In this document: positions 9,871 through 19,774 of the stretch, piece by piece | Layout: each line of letters begins with the position of its first letter | Numbering within the stretch: the first letter of the stretch is position 1 | Source: an uncultured Oscillospiraceae bacterium | GTDB taxonomy: Bacteria > Bacillota > Clostridia > Oscillospirales > JAAYXM01 | Reading direction: 5' to 3' | Assembly: GCA_934646115.1 (NCBI GenBank) | Contig: CAKUEM010000002.1 | Coordinates: 2,274 to 66,273, forward strand | Length of the DNA stretch: 64,000 bases | The notes under the pieces: model-generated | The model's database searches: none | Seen by the model: only the letters and a program-made list of their open reading frames with translations | Told to the model about the DNA's origin: nothing | Position numbers and translations under genes: made by a program

Positions 9871-10509
9871 ATGAGGATCACGAAGATCGACGCGTATCGC
9901 AACGATCTCTCCCGCGTGATCGTATATTTTGAAGACCGCAGCTTTCTCACGGTGGACGCGCGCCGCGCGGAGGAGCTGGAGCTGAAGCCCGGCATGGAGC
10001 TTGACGACGCGATGCGTGACACGCTGGCGGGGCAGTCCGGCAAGAGCCGGGCGCGCGAGCTGGCCGCCCGCATCGTCGGGCGCAACAGCATTTCATGCAG
10101 CATGCTGCTCCGCAAGCTGCGTGACCGCGGCGTGACCGAAGACGATGCGCACGCCGCGCTCGACTGGCTGATCTCGCTCGGCATTATGGACGATATGCGC
10201 TACGGCGAGATTCTGGTTTCGCACTATCGCGCGCGCGGGTTCGGCAATCGCCGCATCCGCGAGGAGCTGCGCGCACGCGGCGTGCCGCGCGAGGTGAGCG
10301 ATGCGCTGCTCGCCGATGAGCCGGACATGCGGGATGACATTCTGGCATTTATTTATAAGCGCGCGCCGGGCGGCTATCCGGAGGAAAAGCTGCGCGCGAA
10401 AATTACCGCCGCGCTCGTTCGGCGCGGACATTCCTACGAAGCGATCTCTGCCGCGTTCCGCCAGCTGCGCGAGGATGGCGGCTGGGATACACAGATGGAG
10501 GACGAATAG
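9871..10509 (+). CDS. recX: RecA regulator RecX
   Basis: Position immediately after recA, and a three-fold helical repeat pattern typical of RecX. Confidence 0.85.
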   Translation: MRITKIDAYRNDLSRVIVYFEDRSFLTVDARRAEELELKPGMELDDAMRDTLAGQSGKSRARELAARIVGRNSISCSMLLRKLRDRGVTEDDAHAALDWLISLGIMDDMRYGEILVSHYRARGFGNRRIREELRARGVPREVSDALLADEPDMRDDILAFIYKRAPGGYPEEKLRAKITAALVRRGHSYEAISAAFRQLREDGGWDTQMEDE

Positions 10510-10512
10510 TTC

Positions 10513-11847
10513 ATGGCAAAAACGGTTGGATTTATATCGCTCGGCTGCGCCAAAAATTTGGTAGACAGCGAGCAGATGCTCTCGCTGCTTGACGCGGCGG
10601 GCTTTCGGATCACGGGCGAGATCGAGCATGCGGACGCTGTGGTCATCAACACCTGCGGCTTTATCGCGTCTGCGCGCGAGGAGGCGTATGAAAATATCCG
10701 CGAGGTCGGGCTCCTCAAGGCAGAAGGCAAGGTCGGCAAAATTCTGGTCGCCGGATGTCTGCCCGAGCGTGAGCGCGAGCAGCTGCTCACCGCGCTGCCC
10801 GAGATCGATGCGCTGATCGGCTGCGGCAGCTTTGCGCAGATCGTCTCTGCGGTGGAGCGCGCGCTGGCGGATGAAGCGCCGTTTGCGCTGTTTGGCGATA
10901 TCAACGCGCCGATCGAGGAAGAGGGTCGCGTTCTCACAACGCCCGAGCATATGGCATATCTTAAAATAGCAGAGGGCTGCGACAATCGATGCAGCTATTG
11001 CGTGATCCCGTCGCTGCGCGGCGGCTTCCGCAGCCGTCCGATGGAGGAGATCCTCGCAGAGGCGGAAGGGCTTGCGGCGACCGGCGTGCGTGAGCTGATC
11101 GTTGTTGCGCAGGACACCACGCGCTATGGGCTGGATCTCTATGGCGAGCGGCGGCTTGCGCAGCTTTTGCAGGCGCTTTGCCGGATCGACGGGGTCGAAT
11201 GGATCCGGCTGCATTACCTGTATCCGGACGAGATCACGGAGCAGCTGATCGACACGATCGCGCATGAGGACAAGATCGTTAAATATCTTGATATCCCGAT
11301 CCAGCATGTGAACGACCGCATCCTGCGCGCCATGAACCGGCGCGGCGACCATGCGTTTCTCGACGCGCTGTTTACCAAGCTGCGCGCGCGCATTCCCGGT
11401 CTTGTGCTGCGCACCAGCCTGATCGTCGGGCTGCCCGGCGAGACCGAGGCGGAATTTGAAGAGCTTTGCGATTTCCTCGCCGCGCATCATATCGAGCGCG
11501 CGGGCGCATTTGCCTATTCGCCCGAGGCGGGGACGCCGGCGGCCGCCATGCCCGATCAGATCGATGAGGGAACGAAGGCGCGCCGCGTGGAGCTGCTTTC
11601 CGCGCTTGCCGCGCGCCTGATGGACGACTGGAACCAGGCGCAGCTCGGCAAAACGCTGCCCATTCTGTGCGAAGGGTTTGACCGCTATGCAGAGTGCTTC
11701 TTCGGTCGCTCGTTTGCCGACTCGCCGGAGATTGACGGCAAGGTGTTTTTCACCGCGCCAAAGGGCACGCGCATCGGCTCGTTCGTTCCGGTCCGCATGA
11801 CCGAGGTGCTTGACGGCGACCTGGTCGGCGAGCTGGACGGTCAATAA
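10513..11847 (+). CDS. rimO: Ribosomal protein S12 methylthiotransferase
   Basis: N-terminal FISLGCAKNLVDSE, radical-SAM CDNRCSYC, and a C-terminal TRAM domain. Confidence 0.9.
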   Translation: MAKTVGFISLGCAKNLVDSEQMLSLLDAAGFRITGEIEHADAVVINTCGFIASAREEAYENIREVGLLKAEGKVGKILVAGCLPEREREQLLTALPEIDALIGCGSFAQIVSAVERALADEAPFALFGDINAPIEEEGRVLTTPEHMAYLKIAEGCDNRCSYCVIPSLRGGFRSRPMEEILAEAEGLAATGVRELIVVAQDTTRYGLDLYGERRLAQLLQALCRIDGVEWIRLHYLYPDEITEQLIDTIAHEDKIVKYLDIPIQHVNDRILRAMNRRGDHAFLDALFTKLRARIPGLVLRTSLIVGLPGETEAEFEELCDFLAAHHIERAGAFAYSPEAGTPAAAMPDQIDEGTKARRVELLSALAARLMDDWNQAQLGKTLPILCEGFDRYAECFFGRSFADSPEIDGKVFFTAPKGTRIGSFVPVRMTEVLDGDLVGELDGQ

Positions 11848-11871
11848 TCTCTTAGAAATGGAGCAATCGCT

Positions 11872-12426
11872 ATGACCACTGCCAATATCATCACGATCAT
11901 CCGCATCCTGCTCATCCCCGCGTTTATGGCGGCGGAGCTGTCCGGCAGCATGACCGGGCGGCTGATCGCGCTTGCGATTTTCATCCTCGCCAGCGTGACC
12001 GATGGGGTGGATGGCTATATCGCGCGCAAATATAACCAGGTCACAACGCTTGGGAAGTTTTTAGACCCGCTCGCCGATAAGCTGCTTGTTACGTCCGCGA
12101 TCCTGATTTTCGTGCAAAACGGCGTGATCTCCGCGGTGGCGGCAACGCTGATCATCGCGCGGGAATTCGCGGTCACGTCGTTGCGCATCGTTGCGATGGG
12201 CGCGGGGCAGGTGGTTTCGGCGCGGCTGTCCGGCAAGGTGAAAACCGTGGTGCAGATCCTTGTGATCGCGTTGCTGTTCACGCCGTATGCGGGCGATCGC
12301 GTGTTTGGCGTGCTGATCGCCGATATCGCGGTCTGGGTCATGGTCGCGGTGACGGTGCTGTCCGGGCTTGAATATTTCAGAGGATTCGGAAAATTACTAA
12401 AGCAGGAGGAGCGACAGGTAAAATGA
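11872..12426 (+). CDS. pgsA: CDP-diacylglycerol--glycerol-3-phosphate 3-phosphatidyltransferase
   Basis: DGVDGYIARKYNQVTTLGKFLDPLADK, the CDP-alcohol phosphatidyltransferase motif. Confidence 0.9.
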   Translation: MTTANIITIIRILLIPAFMAAELSGSMTGRLIALAIFILASVTDGVDGYIARKYNQVTTLGKFLDPLADKLLVTSAILIFVQNGVISAVAATLIIAREFAVTSLRIVAMGAGQVVSARLSGKVKTVVQILVIALLFTPYAGDRVFGVLIADIAVWVMVAVTVLSGLEYFRGFGKLLKQEERQVK

Positions 12427-13823
12427 AGCTGTTTAATTCCATGACGCGGCAGAAGGAAGAGTTCCGCCCGATCACCCCGGGCGAGGTGAAGATCTATTCC
12501 TGCGGGCCGACGGTGTATAATTTCTTCCATATTGGCAACGCGCGTCCGTTCATCGTGTTCGACGTGCTGCGCCGCTATTTTGAATTTAAGGGCTATAAGG
12601 TCACATTCGTGCAGAATTTCACGGATGTGGACGATAAGGTCATCCGCCGCGCGAATGAAGAGGGCGTTTCGTTTGAGGAGATCGCGAACCGCTATATCAA
12701 AGAGTATTATACCGACGCGCAGGGTCTTGGCATCCGCCCGGCAAGCGTGCATCCGCGCGCGACCGAGAATATCGACGCGATCATTCAAATGGTGGATACA
12801 CTTGTGAAAAAGGGCTACGCTTATGTGGTAGACGGCGATGTGTATTACCGCGCGCGGCGCTTCTCCGGCTATGGAAAGCTTTCCGGTCAGCCTCTGGAGG
12901 AGCTGGAGGCGGGCGCGCGCATCGGCGTGGATGAGCGCAAGGAGGATCCGATCGATTTTGCGCTGTGGAAAGCGGCAAAGCCGGGCGAGCCTTCCTGGGA
13001 TTCGCCGTGGGGCAAGGGTCGCCCCGGCTGGCATATCGAATGCTCCGCGATGGCGAACCGCTATCTGGGCAAGACGATCGATATCCATTCCGGCGGCGTG
13101 GACTTAACGTTCCCGCACCATGAAAACGAGATCGCGCAGTCTGAGGCGGCGAACGACGCGCCGTTTGCGCATTATTGGATGCACAACGCGTTTTTGAATA
13201 TCGATAACCGAAAAATGTCGAAATCGCTGGGCAATTTCTTTACCGTGCGTGACGCGGCGGCGGTTTACGGCTATGAAGCGATCCGGTTTTTCATGCTGTC
13301 TGCGCATTACAGAAGCCCGCTCAACTACTCGCGCGAATCGCTTGAGCAGGCAAAGGCGGCGCTCGCGCGCATGCATACCGCGCGCGACAATCTTGAATTT
13401 TTGGCGAAAAACGGGTGCGACGCGGCGATGACCGACGCAGAGCGCGAGAAGCTCGCCGCGCTTTCCCAGTATCGCGAGAAATTCATCTCCGCGATGGACG
13501 ATGATCTCAACACGGCCGACGGGCTTGCCGTGATTTTTGAGCTGATCCGTGACATCAACGGCGCGGTCGCCGAGGGCGAGCCGACGCGGGAATTCGCAAG
13601 CGCCTGCCTTTCCAAGCTGATGGAGCTGTGCGACGTACTCGGCTTCTTGCAGAAGGAGGAAACGCAGAGCATCGATCAGGAGATCGAGGACCTGATCGAG
13701 CAGCGGCAGGCGGCGCGCAAGGCGCGCAACTTCGCGGAGGCGGACCGGATTCGTGATCTGCTGCGCGAGCAGGGCATCGTGCTGGAGGATACGCCGCAGG
13801 GCGTGAAATGGAAGCGGGCATAG
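12423..13823 (+). CDS. cysS: Cysteine--tRNA ligase
   Basis: HIGN (HIGH) and KMSKS motifs. ATGA overlap with pgsA. Confidence 0.97.
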   Translation: MKLFNSMTRQKEEFRPITPGEVKIYSCGPTVYNFFHIGNARPFIVFDVLRRYFEFKGYKVTFVQNFTDVDDKVIRRANEEGVSFEEIANRYIKEYYTDAQGLGIRPASVHPRATENIDAIIQMVDTLVKKGYAYVVDGDVYYRARRFSGYGKLSGQPLEELEAGARIGVDERKEDPIDFALWKAAKPGEPSWDSPWGKGRPGWHIECSAMANRYLGKTIDIHSGGVDLTFPHHENEIAQSEAANDAPFAHYWMHNAFLNIDNRKMSKSLGNFFTVRDAAAVYGYEAIRFFMLSAHYRSPLNYSRESLEQAKAALARMHTARDNLEFLAKNGCDAAMTDAEREKLAALSQYREKFISAMDDDLNTADGLAVIFELIRDINGAVAEGEPTREFASACLSKLMELCDVLGFLQKEETQSIDQEIEDLIEQRQAARKARNFAEADRIRDLLREQGIVLEDTPQGVKWKRA

Positions 13824-13834
13824 CCCGAAGCGAA

Positions 13835-13874
13835 AGGCCGTCTGGCGGGTTACTGCGCGTCGGGCGGCCTTTTC
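13835..13874 (+). terminator. Intrinsic terminator after cysS
   Basis: AGGCCG...CGGCCT stem followed by TTTC. Confidence 0.55.
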
Positions 13875-13902
13875 AATATGGAACAGAAATGAGGGGCAGA
13901 GC

Positions 13903-16539
13903 ATGAAAATCATGGTGATAGACGGCAACAGTATGCTAAACCGCGCGTTTTACGGCGTGCGCCCGCTGACCACGCGCGCCGGGCTGCATACCAACGCGAT
14001 CTATGGGTTTCTCTCCATTTATCTCAAGCTGCTCGCGGACGAGGCGCCGGACGGCGTGTGCGTGACGTTCGATCTGCGCGCGCCCACGTTCCGCCACCGC
14101 GCCTATGACGGCTATAAGGCGCAGCGCAAGCCCATGCCGGACGAGCTTGCCGAGCAGCTGCCCTATCTCAAGCGCGTGCTGGACGCGATGCATGTCATGC
14201 GGCTGGAATGCGAGGGCTATGAGGCGGACGATATCATCGGCACGATCAGCCGCATCTGCGCCGAATCGGGCGACCGCTGCGACATCGTGACCGGCGACCG
14301 TGACAGTTTTCAGCTGATCGCAAATCCGGGCACGAATGTGCTGCTGGTCAGCACGCGCGCGGGCAAAACGGAAACCGTCCGCTTCGACCGCGACGCTGTG
14401 ATGCAAAAATACGGTCTGTCGCCGGAAAAAATGATCGATTTAAAGGCGCTCATGGGCGACGCGTCTGACAATATCCCCGGCGTGCGCGGCGTGGGCGAGA
14501 AAACCGCGGTCGACCTGGTGCAGCGTTTTGGCAGCATCAACGCGATTTATCGGGATCTTGACACGCTGGACGTGCGCGACGCGCTGCGCGCAAAGCTCGC
14601 CGCCGGGCGGGACGATGCGTTTCTCTCCCGCGAGCTGGCAACGATCTGCCTGACCGCGCCGATCACGTTTTCACCCGAGGCGGCAGCGCGCGCCAAGGCG
14701 GACCGCGACGCGCTGCGCCAGGTGTTAGAAGAGCTGGAATTTAAGCATTTCATCGCGCGGCTCGGGCTGGATCAGGCGGAGGACGCAGCGCCCCGCGCCG
14801 CCGAATGCTCGGTCACGCGCGTTCAAAACGGACTGTATGATCTTCTCGAAACGCTTGCGGCGCAAGAGCTTTGCGCCGTTTCGATGAGCGATGGGCTTTC
14901 CGGCGTCGGGCTTGCCTTTGCGGATCAGACGCTTGCCGTGCTGCGCGCCGATTTTTCTGAAGAAGATTTTTCCGCCTTTTTTGCGGCGCTCTGCTCCGCA
15001 CGCGTGAAAAAGGCGTGCCACGATGGAAAGCGCTATCAGGTCGCGCTTCTGCGCGAGGGGCTTCCGTTTGACGGGTTCGTGTTTGACACGGCGCTCGGCG
15101 CTTATCTGCTCGACCCGACGGAGAAATCATTCTCGCTTCGCGATGTGAGCGAAACGTATGCGCCGCAATGCGTTGCGGACGAAGCCACGCTGCACGACGA
15201 GCAGGCGTTTTCCCCGCTCACCGGGGCGGAGGAGGGCGTGCGCGCGCTGGGGCTGGCGGCGCGTTCCGTGCTGACAATGACGCCCGGCATGCGCGTGGAG
15301 CTGGCGGCGCGCGGCGAAACGCAGCTGTATTTTGATATTGAGCTTCCGCTTTGCAGCGTGCTTGCGGATATGCAGCATGTCGGCATGCGCGTGGACCGTG
15401 CGGCGCTTTTGAATTTTGGCGCGATGCTGCAAACGCATATCGAGCAGCTTGAGGCGGAGATCTATCGCCTTGCCGGCGAGGAATTTAATATTTTATCGCC
15501 CAAGCAGCTCGGCGAGGTGCTGTTTGAGCGGTTGGGGCTTCCGCCGGTCAAGAAGACTAAAACCGGCTATTCAACCGGGGCGGAGGTGCTTGAAAAGCTG
15601 CGCCCGCAGCATGAGATCATCGGGCGCATTTTAGAATACCGGCAGGATACCAAGCTGAAATCGACTTACTGCGACGGACTTTCCAAGGTGATCTCGCCGG
15701 AGGACGGGCGCATTCATTCAAGCTTTAACCAGATGGTGACCGCGACCGGGCGCATCAGCTCGACCGAGCCGAACCTGCAAAACATTCCGGTTCGGACGGA
15801 GCTGGGCGGCGAGGTGCGGCGCATGTTCATCCCGCGCGACGGTTGGGCGTTTGTCGACGCGGATTATTCGCAGATCGAGCTGCGCATTCTCGCGCATATT
15901 GCAGACGATCTCGCCATGCAGCGCGCATTTACTGATCAGGTCGATATCCATACGACCACGGCGTCGCAGGTGTTCCGCGTTTCGGAATCTGCGGTCACGC
16001 CTGAGATGCGCCGCGCGGCAAAGGCGGTCAATTTCGGCATTGTGTATGGCATTTCCGAGTTTTCGCTCGCCAAGGATATCGGCGTGAGCGTGGGCGAGGC
16101 GCGCCAATATATCGAAAATTATCTCTCGCATTACGCGGGTGTGCGCGCGTATATGAAAGAGATCGTGGAGCGCGCGCGGCGCGACGGGTATGTGACCACG
16201 CTGCTCGGGCGGCGGCGGCCGATCCCCGAGATCCACGCGAAGAATTTTAACCTCCGCTCGTTTGGCGAGCGGGTCGCGCTCAATGCGCCCATTCAGGGTA
16301 CGGCGGCGGACATTATCAAGATCGCGATGCTGCGCGTGTCTGACCGACTAGCGCGTGAAGGGCTTGCGGCGCAGCTGGTTTTGCAGGTGCATGACGAGCT
16401 GATCGTGGAAGCGCCGCGCGAAGAGGCGCAGGCGGTCGCCGCGATTTTAACCGAGGAGATGAGCGGCGCATATCCGCTTTCCGTTCCGCTTGTGGCGGAG
16501 GCGGCGATCGGGGAGAACTGGTATGACGCAAAAAAATGA
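13903..16539 (+). CDS. polA: DNA polymerase I (5-prime nuclease plus polymerase; central 3-5 exonuclease-like domain lacks an obvious DxE motif)
   Basis: 5-prime nuclease N-terminus, and polymerase motifs DYSQIELR, RRAAKAVNFGIVYG and QVHDEL. Confidence 0.97.
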   Translation: MKIMVIDGNSMLNRAFYGVRPLTTRAGLHTNAIYGFLSIYLKLLADEAPDGVCVTFDLRAPTFRHRAYDGYKAQRKPMPDELAEQLPYLKRVLDAMHVMRLECEGYEADDIIGTISRICAESGDRCDIVTGDRDSFQLIANPGTNVLLVSTRAGKTETVRFDRDAVMQKYGLSPEKMIDLKALMGDASDNIPGVRGVGEKTAVDLVQRFGSINAIYRDLDTLDVRDALRAKLAAGRDDAFLSRELATICLTAPITFSPEAAARAKADRDALRQVLEELEFKHFIARLGLDQAEDAAPRAAECSVTRVQNGLYDLLETLAAQELCAVSMSDGLSGVGLAFADQTLAVLRADFSEEDFSAFFAALCSARVKKACHDGKRYQVALLREGLPFDGFVFDTALGAYLLDPTEKSFSLRDVSETYAPQCVADEATLHDEQAFSPLTGAEEGVRALGLAARSVLTMTPGMRVELAARGETQLYFDIELPLCSVLADMQHVGMRVDRAALLNFGAMLQTHIEQLEAEIYRLAGEEFNILSPKQLGEVLFERLGLPPVKKTKTGYSTGAEVLEKLRPQHEIIGRILEYRQDTKLKSTYCDGLSKVISPEDGRIHSSFNQMVTATGRISSTEPNLQNIPVRTELGGEVRRMFIPRDGWAFVDADYSQIELRILAHIADDLAMQRAFTDQVDIHTTTASQVFRVSESAVTPEMRRAAKAVNFGIVYGISEFSLAKDIGVSVGEARQYIENYLSHYAGVRAYMKEIVERARRDGYVTTLLGRRRPIPEIHAKNFNLRSFGERVALNAPIQGTAADIIKIAMLRVSDRLAREGLAAQLVLQVHDELIVEAPREEAQAVAAILTEEMSGAYPLSVPLVAEAAIGENWYDAKK

Positions 16540-17002
16540 GGTTCGCATCGTGCCGATGGATGCACGACATATCGCAGGCGTTGCGGCGCTTGAGCGCGCG
16601 TGCTTTTCCGCACCGTGGAGCGAGCAGATGCTTGCCGACGAGCTGCGAAACGATTGCGCGCGCTACCTGATCGCCGAGTGCGCCGGCGCGGTGGTCGGCT
16701 ATGTCGGCGTGCATCAGATTTTAGACGAATGCTATATGACAAATCTCGCGGTCGCGCCCGATGCGCGGCGGCGCGGGGTCGCGTCGCTTCTGCTCACGCG
16801 CCTGCTGGACATGGTGCAGGGCGCTGCGTTTTTAACGCTTGAGGTGCGCGTAAGCAACGCGCCGGCGATCGCGCTGTATGAGCAGTTCGGCTTTGCGCGC
16901 GCCGGGCTGCGCCGGGCGTATTACACCGCCCCGCGCGAGGACGCGCTGCTTATGACTCGCGCGCTTCAAAGACCAACAAAGGAGGAAGTATCACCGACAT
17001 GA
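16523..17002 (+). CDS. rimI: Ribosomal-protein-alanine N-acetyltransferase
   Basis: GNAT motif RRRGVASLLL. Located directly upstream of tsaD. Start moved to the ATG at 16523 (MTQKNEVRIVPM). Confidence 0.8.
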   Translation: MTQKNEVRIVPMDARHIAGVAALERACFSAPWSEQMLADELRNDCARYLIAECAGAVVGYVGVHQILDECYMTNLAVAPDARRRGVASLLLTRLLDMVQGAAFLTLEVRVSNAPAIALYEQFGFARAGLRRAYYTAPREDALLMTRALQRPTKEEVSPT

Positions 17003-18018
17003 AGATCCTTGCGATAGAAAGCTCCTGCGATGAGACTGCGGCGGCGGTCGTGGAGGACGGGCGGCGGGTGTTGTCCCAAACGATCCGCTCGCAGATCGAA
17101 ACGCACGCGCTCTATGGCGGCGTTGTGCCGGAGATCGCGTCGCGCCAGCATATCGAAAGCATTGCGCAGCTGACGGAGCAGGCGCTGCACGCGGCGCAGC
17201 TGACCCGCGCGCAGCTGGACGCGGTCGCGGTGACGTATGCGCCCGGACTGATCGGCGCGCTGCTGGTCGGCGTTGGGTTCGCGAAGGCGGCGGCGCTCGG
17301 GCTGGGTTTGCCGCTGATCCCGGTGCATCATATCCGCGGGCATATCGCGGCGAATTATCTCGCGTTTCCCGAATTGAAGCCGCCGTTTTTGTGCCTTGTC
17401 GTGTCGGGCGGGCATACGCTGCTTGTGGACGTGCGAGATTATACGGAGTTTGAGATTTTGGGCTCCACGCGTGACGATGCGGCGGGCGAGGCGTTTGATA
17501 AATGCGCGCGCGTGCTGGGGCTGCCGTATCCGGGCGGCGCGGCGATCGATCGCCTGGCGCAGGCGGGCGATGCGAAGAAATATAAGCTGCCGCGCGCAAA
17601 AATCAGCGGGGCGGAGCTTGATCTCTCGTTTTCCGGGCTGAAAACCGCGGTGATCAACATCGCGCACAACGCGCAGCAAAAGGGCGAGGAGTTAGACGCG
17701 GCAGCGCTTGCGGCTGGGTTTTGCGCCGCGGTGGTCGATGCGCTCGTTCCGCGCGTTTCCAAGGCGCTTACTATGACCGGGCGAAAATCGTTTGTGGTTG
17801 CGGGCGGCGTTGCGGCAAACAGCGTGTTGCGCGGCGCGCTGACGCAGCTTGCGCAGGAGCGCGGCGTTCGGTTATATCTGCCGCCGCTTGCGCTTTGCGG
17901 CGATAACGCGGCGATGATCGGCGCGCAGGCGTTTTATGAATATCAAAGCGGCGTGCGCGCGGGCGCGGACCTGAACGCTTATGCCACCATGCCGGTGGAC
18001 GCGCTGTTTGGGATATAA
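16999..18018 (+). CDS. tsaD: tRNA N6-adenosine threonylcarbamoyltransferase
   Basis: ILAIESSCDETAAAV, HHIRGH and GGVAAN motifs. Confidence 0.95.
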   Translation: MKILAIESSCDETAAAVVEDGRRVLSQTIRSQIETHALYGGVVPEIASRQHIESIAQLTEQALHAAQLTRAQLDAVAVTYAPGLIGALLVGVGFAKAAALGLGLPLIPVHHIRGHIAANYLAFPELKPPFLCLVVSGGHTLLVDVRDYTEFEILGSTRDDAAGEAFDKCARVLGLPYPGGAAIDRLAQAGDAKKYKLPRAKISGAELDLSFSGLKTAVINIAHNAQQKGEELDAAALAAGFCAAVVDALVPRVSKALTMTGRKSFVVAGGVAANSVLRGALTQLAQERGVRLYLPPLALCGDNAAMIGAQAFYEYQSGVRAGADLNAYATMPVDALFGI

Positions 18019-18126
18019 CCCCCCTGAAATTGATCTCTGGCCCGCTGTTTGAACGGGTGCTTTCTTGTTTTCAAAAGGCGGCTGCTTGTAACGCGCGTTT
18101 TCAGCATTTCGAATTTAAAAAAAATC

Positions 18127-18167
18127 AGCTCCGGATGCGGGAATTCCGCTTCCGGAGCTATGTTTTT
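18127..18167. terminator. Bidirectional terminator between the convergent tsaD and ahcY
   Basis: AGCTCCGGA-N15-TCCGGAGCT, flanked by an A8 run upstream and TGTTTTT downstream. Confidence 0.75.
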
Positions 18168-18329
18168 ATGCCTGTTTCGTTTGCGCGGGGCGCTTTCTTC
18201 CCTCGCAACATGGGAAATCGCCAAACAGGGGGTCGCCACCCATGCTTTCAAAAGGCGAGGGCGCTCGCTCGCCGGCTGAGTTCCCGCCAGTGAACTTCGG
18301 CTGGCGCGGCGCGTTATGCCGCCCGCGCG

Positions 18330-19568
18330 CTACCACTGTTTTAAGTATTGCTCCTGTTCGGGCGAGAGTACGTCGATCGTGATGCCCTGCGCGCGCAGCT
18401 TGAGCCGCGCGACCGCCTCATCGATCTCCGGCGGCACGGGATACAGACCGGGTGCGAGCGCGCGTCCGTGCTTCGCCAGATGCTCCACGCTGAGCGCCTG
18501 AATTCCAAAGCTCAGGTCCATGATTTCCGCCGGATGCCCGTTGCCTGCCGCAAGGTTGACCAGCCGCCCTTCGCCGAGCAAATTGAAAATTCGCCCGTCT
18601 TTTAGATAATATCCTGTAATATTCGGCTTTCTTTCAACAATTCGTACTGCCATTTCCGCCAAATCGTCCTTATTAATCTCCACATCGAAGTGTCCGGAGT
18701 TCGCGAGCAGCACGCCGTCCTGCATGCGCTCAAAGTGGCGGCGGGTGATAATATCGCGGCAGCCGGTCGTGGTGACGAAAATATTCCCGAGCGGCGCCGC
18801 CTCGTCCATCGACATGACGCGATACCCGTCGGCATACGCCTCGAGCGCGCGAAACGGCGAGACCTCGCACACGATCACATTCGCGCCCAGCCCGCGCGCA
18901 CGCAGCGCCACGCCCTTGCCGCAGAACCCATAGCCCGCAACGACCACGGTTTTGCCCGCGATCAGATGATTCGTCGTGTTCATGATCGCGTCCCAAGAGG
19001 ATTGCCCGGTGCCGTGGCGATTATCAAACAGGTGCTTGCAGTTGGCATCATTGACCGCGAGCATCGGGAAGCGCAGCTTGCCCGCCTCGGCGCGCGCACG
19101 CAGGCGATGCACACCGGTCGTCGTTTCCTCGCAGCCGCCGATGACCCGGTCGCCATACTCGGCTGCCGCGCCGTGCAGCAGCTGCACCAGATCGCCGCCA
19201 TCGTCGATGATCAGCTCCGGACGGATGGAGAGCGTTTCGGTCAGATGCGCGGTATATTCCTCCGCGCTCGCGCCGTGCCACGCGTAAACCGCATAGCCCG
19301 CATGGTCGAGCGCCGCCGCCACGTCGTCCTGCGTGGAGAGCGGGTTGCACCCGGTCACGGCGACCTGCGCGCCGCCCGCGGCAAGCACGGTGGCGAGATA
19401 TGCCGTTTTCGCCTCCAGATGGATGGACATGGCGACCCGCAGCCCGCGCAGCGGCTGCTCCTCCTCAAACCGCGCCGCAATGCCGGAAAGCACCGGCATC
19501 GAGCTTTTTACCCAATCAATTTTATCCTGACCCGATCGCCAAAGCGATGCGTCACGTATGATACTCAT
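18330..19568 (-). CDS. ahcY: Adenosylhomocysteinase
   Basis: NAD-binding GYGFCGKG and EETTTGV motifs. Start moved to MSIIRD (ATG 19566-19568). Confidence 0.93.
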   Translation of the reverse strand: MSIIRDASLWRSGQDKIDWVKSSMPVLSGIAARFEEEQPLRGLRVAMSIHLEAKTAYLATVLAAGGAQVAVTGCNPLSTQDDVAAALDHAGYAVYAWHGASAEEYTAHLTETLSIRPELIIDDGGDLVQLLHGAAAEYGDRVIGGCEETTTGVHRLRARAEAGKLRFPMLAVNDANCKHLFDNRHGTGQSSWDAIMNTTNHLIAGKTVVVAGYGFCGKGVALRARGLGANVIVCEVSPFRALEAYADGYRVMSMDEAAPLGNIFVTTTGCRDIITRRHFERMQDGVLLANSGHFDVEINKDDLAEMAVRIVERKPNITGYYLKDGRIFNLLGEGRLVNLAAGNGHPAEIMDLSFGIQALSVEHLAKHGRALAPGLYPVPPEIDEAVARLKLRAQGITIDVLSPEQEQYLKQW

Positions 19569-19620
19569 AGCATTTGCCCCTTTGCAATTCGTTTTCGGCG
19601 CGCCGATTGGCGCTGTTATG

Positions 19621-19649
19621 ATTTTACCACAATTCTGCTTAAAACGCAA
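19621..19649 (-). promoter_or_regulatory. Candidate promoter of ahcY
   Basis: TTGCGT, 17-nt spacer ending in TGG, then TAAAAT (extended -10). Confidence 0.45.
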
Positions 19650-19710
19650 AATAGCGCGCAAATTTACGCGTTGAAATGTTACAGTTTCGTAAAAACGCGC
19701 GAAAAACTCT

Positions 19711-19738
19711 TTGTAAACCGCGCAAGATGTGCTATACT
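19711..19738 (+). promoter_or_regulatory. Candidate promoter of secA
   Basis: TTGTAA, 16-nt spacer ending in TGC, then TATACT (extended -10). Confidence 0.5.
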
Positions 19739-19774
19739 GTATCTGTCTGATTTTAGAGCTTGGAGGACTTCCTT

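Noticed and set aside
10093-11844. A 583-aa ORF on the minus strand, antisense to rimO. Similar long antisense ORFs occur at 48574-50487, 20120-21190, 23745-25049, 32160-33419, 33453-34961, 43588-44211 and elsewhere.
   Set aside because: They are Arg/Ala/Gly/His-rich with no recognisable motifs and no SD. Each lies opposite a gene with unambiguous conserved motifs. These are typical shadow ORFs of GC-rich DNA.
13903-16539. PolA central domain lacks the DxE ExoI motif, so proofreading is probably inactive.
   Set aside because: This is real but ordinary. Vestigial 3-5 exonuclease domains are well known in Firmicute (Bst-like) Pol I enzymes, so it is not reported as a finding.
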